Assembly (NCBI GenBank): GCA_016748015.1 | Contig: JAAOMT010000244.1 | Span: 1 to 14,922 of the forward strand | Reading direction: 5' to 3' | Length of the DNA stretch: 14,922 bases | Source of the DNA: Geosiphon pyriformis uo1 | Taxonomy: Eukaryota; Fungi; Glomeromycota | Shown: one piece after another, positions 9,433 to 14,922 of the stretch | How the letters are laid out: the number at the start of each line of letters is the position of its first letter | How positions within the stretch are numbered: position 1 is the stretch's first letter | The notes under the pieces: model-generated | Told to the model about the DNA's origin: nothing | The model's database searches: none | Seen by the model: only the letters and a program-made list of their open reading frames with translations | Program-made: the position numbers and the translations under genes

Positions 9433-10271
9433 TCATGATTTTCCACGAAAATCGCACTATGAAAGATATTAGATATATGGGTTATTCATATTTTACTATC
9501 AATACTCATTAAAATTCCGCTGTAAAACAATATGATGAAAAAAAATAAAAGCAGGAAAATTAAAAAATTTATCAAATGAAAATATTTGAAAAGCTGAATA
9601 AATAATGTTAATTTACATAAACTAAAATTATTAAAAATAATTATATAAAAAAGGTTTGAATATATATTAAAAAATTTAATACCTTTTATAAGTTTTAATA
9701 AAAAAAAAACTAAAATTTATAATTATTAAAATTGTAAAAAGGTTAACAAAATGGTTTTTTTATATACATTAATTTATTAAGATTTCAAATATAATAATAT
9801 TTTTAATAAATTCAAAATTTTCAAATTTTAGTAAAATTTACAAACATTAGATTTTAAAGATTAAATAAAAATTTGTTCAACAATGATTAGCAAAAATTTA
9901 ATTTAACAATAAATTTATTTATTTTATTAAATATTATCATTGAAAGCTTTGGTATAAAATTAGTATAATATAATTTTTGATTTTTTGAAACATTTTTTAA
10001 TGTTTTAAGTTTAAATTAATTAAAATTGTATTTTCATTTAATATTAAATATTCTTATTAAATTCAGCTTTGTAAAGTATTTTTATTATAAAATATTAAAA
10101 ATATTTTTCAAAATTAATATTAATATTATAATTGTTATATTTTTCGACAAATATTTAAATTTTATATTGAAAAATTCAAAAATAATTAGATTACTAATGA
10201 GAAAAAGTACATTTATTTGATATATTTTAAGTCTTCTAAAATAAATCACAACAAATAATAATAATTTAAAA

Positions 10272-10949
10272 TAGGGATGTTAATCGGTCCTAAAATTAGG
10301 ACCGTCGGTCCCGCAGTAATTTTAGTCATGTGACAAAACAGACGATTCTATAGGTTCGTCCCACCTTATTATTTAGTAATACAAAGATTAACGTTCAACG
10401 TTGGTTATATTTTTATCATGAACACAAAAAAATGAACGCGACATACTATAAAACGATCACGACACGACACAAACACGACTTTCTTTTATACGTGACAAAA
10501 AGAATTAGTTATGAATTTCGAACATACCATTTTTTCATTACAAAGTTGTTCATTGTTTAGGGCAATATAATTTTAGTGCGATGTGATATTTATCGAGTTT
10601 TCATCTTTGAAAAATATAACAAGAAATTTCTGTTAATATAAGAGGTATTAATCGGAAAATCAACATAAAATCAAGTGAAATTAACCAATCACGGTGCCAA
10701 TAGCTATTGGCTTCGGTAAAGCAGATCTCTTCGGTGTCTTTGATGAATAAAGAATATGCTGTTGTAGCATGTTCCGATACAATTTCAATATTTGTTGCGC
10801 ACATATAATAATAAAGTAGCTTGAGTTTCGTCAATATATATGTACAATAGGCACTGAAAGTAACGTCCGATTTTTATATGTATTACTATACAAAATTGGG
10901 CGTTACTTTTAGTGTCTACTGTACAATAGACAAACCATTAACATCCTTA
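10272..10949. mobile_element. Non-autonomous hAT-superfamily DNA transposon (678 bp)
   Basis: TIRs TAGGGATGTTAAT (10272-10284) and ATTAACATCCTTA (10937-10949), 12/13 match. Perfect 8-bp TSD ATTTAAAA (10264-10271 and 10950-10957). Subterminal CGGTCC/GGACCG motifs. TAGGG termini with an 8-bp TSD are diagnostic of hAT. Confidence 0.85.
10845..10921. mobile_element. 77-bp Tc1/mariner-type MITE (near-complete palindrome) nested in the hAT element
   Basis: Left arm CAATAGGCACTGAAAGTAACGTCCGATTTT versus reverse complement of right arm CAGTAGACACTAAAAGTAACGCCCAATTTT (25/30). Flanked by TA on both sides (10843-10844, 10922-10923). Confidence 0.75.
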
Positions 10950-11672
10950 ATTTAAAAGTATAAATTTTATTATTTTGACATTAGCAAATTAAAATCAAGT
11001 ATGAAAATAAAAAAGAGTTTAAACGGATGAACTATTAAAATTTTAGACATATTAAGAATTTTAAATATATCTTAAATATTTTCTAAATGTAAATTCTCTA
11101 ATCGCTGTGTAAGAAACTTATTAGTAAATAAAATAGTAACTTCTCTTTTATCAGTCAGAGAAAGAAACCTTTTGATGCACTAAAAAGAAAAATGTCTCTG
11201 CCACATTACACGCCTAGCTATTTTCACTAAACGATATATTAAAGAAGTGTTGAACGATGAAAAGATTAATTTCATAACATGATGTCATTTTATTTTGCCT
11301 CTCAAGGAGATTGATTAATGTGATGAAATCAACTTTAGAATTTTACTCAGCGAGAATTGAAAGAAAGAATGAGTAATTATATGCAATTAATTTTCCTTAA
11401 AAAAAATTTCCCAGCGAGGATTTTAAAAACCTTTTAATTTCATTTTATATGGAAATTTTTTCACAGCGTAGATAATTATTATAAAGATTACTAGCGATAG
11501 AATCTTTTAAAGACTAAAAATCTACTTTGTTTTCACTTGGTTGCTATTAAAAATAGTGAATTAATCAGTGGAATTTGGTAAATTGCTAATAATTTTTTTT
11601 TTAATTTAAAAAAACAGCTTCCCAAGATTGATTTCAAATGAGAGAAAATATATTATATAGGAAATAATATTT

Positions 11673-11921
11673 CTAATGACCATGGGAGGATTTGTCGATT
11701 TTGCCATTAAGAGCACCAGCCCATTTATTTTGATTTTTAATCCCGTTGCCATTTCCATTATTGACACCATTGTTGTTACCTATGTTCCAATTCCCGTTAT
11801 TGTTACCATTGTAGTTGCCAATATTAGCGTAATATGGAGATGCATTTGTTGAAGGGGAGACAGTTAACAGAATGAGGACGATAGCAAGAACAACGGTGAA
11901 AGTAAACGAAATTTTGCCCAT
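11673..11921 (-). CDS. Small secreted Asn/Gly-rich protein (82 aa), short paralog of 4156-4728
   Basis: CAAAATG start context. Signal peptide MGKISFTFTVVLAIVLILLTVSPSTNA|SP. Mature region NIGNY-NGNNNGNWNIGNN-NGVNNGNGNG follows the same 13-mer pattern. GC is elevated and a TATA box lies about 140 bp upstream. Confidence 0.85.
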   Translation of the reverse strand: MGKISFTFTVVLAIVLILLTVSPSTNASPYYANIGNYNGNNNGNWNIGNNNGVNNGNGNGIKNQNKWAGALNGKIDKSSHGH

Positions 11922-12054
11922 TTTGATAGAGTGAATTAGTAATGAGTGGAAAGTATTTGAAGTATGCTTAGAAATTTTATGATTGAGTGCTTTTTAAATC
12001 CTTTGATATTGAAAGGATGAAAGCTTGGATGAAGAATAAAGTTATATCAGGACG

Positions 12055-12068
12055 AGCTCGTTTATATA
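12055..12068 (-). promoter_or_regulatory. Putative TATA box/core promoter of the 82-aa Asn/Gly gene
   Basis: Minus strand reads TATATAAACGAGCT, about 140 bp upstream of the ATG. Confidence 0.55.
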
Positions 12069-14922
12069 TAAACATGGAATCTATTTCACGTAATAAGAAA
12101 GTTATTCTCTATTATCTAATTAATACCTTTTCATTTATAGTATTGATTGAATTAAAATTGATGGTTCTCAATTAAGTAATTATTTAAAACTCTCTTCTAA
12201 CTTTAAAATTTTAAAGTGAGATGTTTAAGAAAAAATATGCAATAATTATTTTGACTCGATCAGATCACCAAAAAGCTTAAAATTTTAAAGTTTTGTAAAT
12301 AAACATTCAGTCCTTGATTTTGTTAAGACATACATATATTATGAATGCGTTGAAAATTCTTATTTAAAACTTTTAGACAAAGAAGAGATTATTAGTCACA
12401 CATTTCTCAAATTGACCAAGAAAAAGTTTATGCAAGATAATATAAAAAGAGATTTTTATAAATTTTTTAAGGAGATTAAAGAGGAAAAATTGCGAGCATT
12501 TTCATCATAATGTGCTTTGGATGATATGAGTACAGTTTTAAAAAAATATTATATTGACAGTAATGAGACAAAAAAAATGTCCTCTTATGATGTTTCGATT
12601 AGGTTTGCTTAAGACTAATTACTTTTTCATAAAAATAGAAAAAATAAAGACTTTTATTACTGCCTAACTGAAATTAAGTTGAAAAAGAGTATTATATTTC
12701 TAGCAAAATCACTTAATGAAGCTGCAAATTGTTCATATATCGCGACAATCTATATGTATTTTCAAAAAAATTGGCAACCAAAATATTCTACTGGAATCTT
12801 AATTCAAAATTGCGGTTAAAAAAATAGAGTCAGGTTAATTATCCAATTAAAAAATAATAGATTCCTTAAACAAAAAACTAAATTTACATTACAAAGAATA
12901 AAAAAAAAAACTGTAAGCATCCACAAAAAATTATGCAGTTAAAACTTTTTATTACAACACAAACAAGAAAACAGAAAACATTAAAAGCTTTGATGAATTT
13001 AATTACTTTTATAAAATTATCAATCACAAGTAAATTTATTTATTTTTAGTAAAGTGAAAAATATAAAGATTGCTAACTCATGCTTTAGCAGAACTTTTTG
13101 GATTTTAGTTTACAAACTGATATTTCATTATGTATTTTAAAAATAAGAAATTGATGCTTAGCAAAATTGTTAAAACAACTCTATTGAAAAAAAAATATAA
13201 CACTAATAATTAAGTTTATTTTGCATTCTAAAGCACAATATTTTTTGTGAAAAATGCATAAACCAAATAATTATTTAAATACTATATATTAATGTGTTGA
13301 AATCTTTTTCTTAATTATATAAAAATATTATGCATTTTTGCAATTTCATAACACAATGCTAAACAACAGATAAATAAAATTTATTAATTTAAAAATAATT
13401 ATTGTTTTAAATAATATTAAATAAATTTCTTAACTGTAAATTTATTAAATTAATCCAGTACATAAATACATAAAAAACTTTTTTTTAACAAAAATATAAT
13501 TTAAGATCAATAAACAATATAAAAATTATTATATAAATAAATTACAATATTATTTCTGTAATTAAAATATATTTTCAAATTTTTAAAATCTGAAGAATAG
13601 TTGCTAAAGCTTAAAAAACCAATTTCGAAATTTTCAATAAATTATTAATGCTTTCACAAATATACAACCGAAAATTTTACTTTTACCTTATTTTTAAGAT
13701 TTTCGTTTTGGCTATCAATTAATTTTTCATTACAATATAAAAGTTTTATTAAAAACAAATTAACAGAGTTTTTAGCTAAAAACAAAATAAAAAATTCGAA
13801 ATGTATAAAAATAATGGCTATTAATCGAATAAAAAATCAGAAATATGTGACATCATATGAAAAAATGATTCAGAAAGATTGTTTCTAAAAAAAGATTTAT
13901 TAAGGAATTTCCAATTAGATTTTAAAATAAAATTATAAATCCAAAATTTCCTTCACTTGTAAATAATAATATATTTTCAATCTTGCGCAAAGTAATTTAT
14001 CAAAGTTGTACGCATTGAATTAATAAGTTTTATTATAATTATTTCTTCAATTTAAATGGTGGGTTTTTATAGGATTTTAAGATGAAGATTATAATATTCT
14101 ATGACTAATCATTGAATATATGATAAATTTTGCTAATAGCTTTTTCCTATTTAGTATTGATTGGCTCAAATATAAAATATATAATAAAAATCAATATATT
14201 TAACAACATCACTCTTAAAATCAAGAATAATTAACTAAATTACTTTTATAAAATCCCCAGAGCCCCAACTTGAACCCTTAACTAACAATACATCTTATCT
14301 ACAAGCTGCAAAAATCGAATTCTCAATTAGTACCATAAGATTACAATCTCTGAAGACAAAAGTAATCGTGTAAATTGACGAAACCTAATACTGTATTACC
14401 CAAAATCTGTTTAGATTATTGCTATTATATTTTTATTTTGTGAATTGATATGTTTCTATAGATTTGGTCGGCTGCTTGGTCATTTACAAGAATTATTGTG
14501 GTTTTAGTGTCAATTACCGCTTTTCCCCAGTTATTTATAGGGTTATGACCAACACATATTTGTTGCAAGAATCGCCCATTCTTTTTGCCTGATTAATTGA
14601 ATGTATGTTACTTTAACTAATATTAATAAATTTTTTTGTGTTTTGTTTAGAATAATATTTTTTTGACTTAAAAAATGTAATAATTTATGAAATTTATAGC
14701 ACAAAATATATCATCAAATTACTTCTTAAACTTTTATTTATCTATTTGGTGTGAGTGCTTAAAATTTTGTTAAGAAATTCACTTTTTCTTTTCATATTAA
14801 GTTGTTCTGTCATATTCATATTTTATTCAAATAAATTCTTCTTTTTATGGATATTTAAGTAATTATTCAAAAAAAAGCAATTATAATCTTCAGATTAGAA
14901 AAAAATTTTCATCAATAATCTA

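Noticed and set aside
7196-12175. Short ORFs 7196-7381, 8767-8958, 10026-10220 and 11987-12175
   Set aside because: Non-ATG starts and F/I/L/K/N composition expected from AT-rich DNA. 8767-8958 is antisense to the relic gene, and 11987-12175 overlaps the promoter of the short secreted gene.
12200-14250. Long extremely AT-rich stretch
   Set aside because: No ORF, RNA gene, terminal repeat or periodicity could be supported by eye.

Overview
Very AT-rich (roughly 20-25% GC by eye), gene-sparse eukaryotic DNA. It is most consistent with an arbuscular mycorrhizal (Glomeromycotina) fungal genome; this is inferred from composition, short GT-AG introns, a Sel1/HCP-like gene and hAT/MITE elements. 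Only two genes look intact, both single-exon and on the minus strand (4156-4728 and 11673-11921). Both encode small secreted proteins built from the same 13-residue Asn/Gly repeat (N-G-N-x-N-G-N-x-N-x-G-x-x), and they share a near-identical TATA-box core promoter. They appear to be a paralogous family of secreted Asn-ladder/beta-solenoid-like proteins and are the main finding. Around them are a Sel1-repeat gene broken by one in-frame TGA, a complete 678-bp non-autonomous hAT element (TIRs plus perfect 8-bp TSD) with a nested 77-bp Tc1/mariner-type hairpin MITE, a probable CACTA/EnSpm-like element end, and several decayed reading frames with a C-to-T/G-to-A mutation signature.
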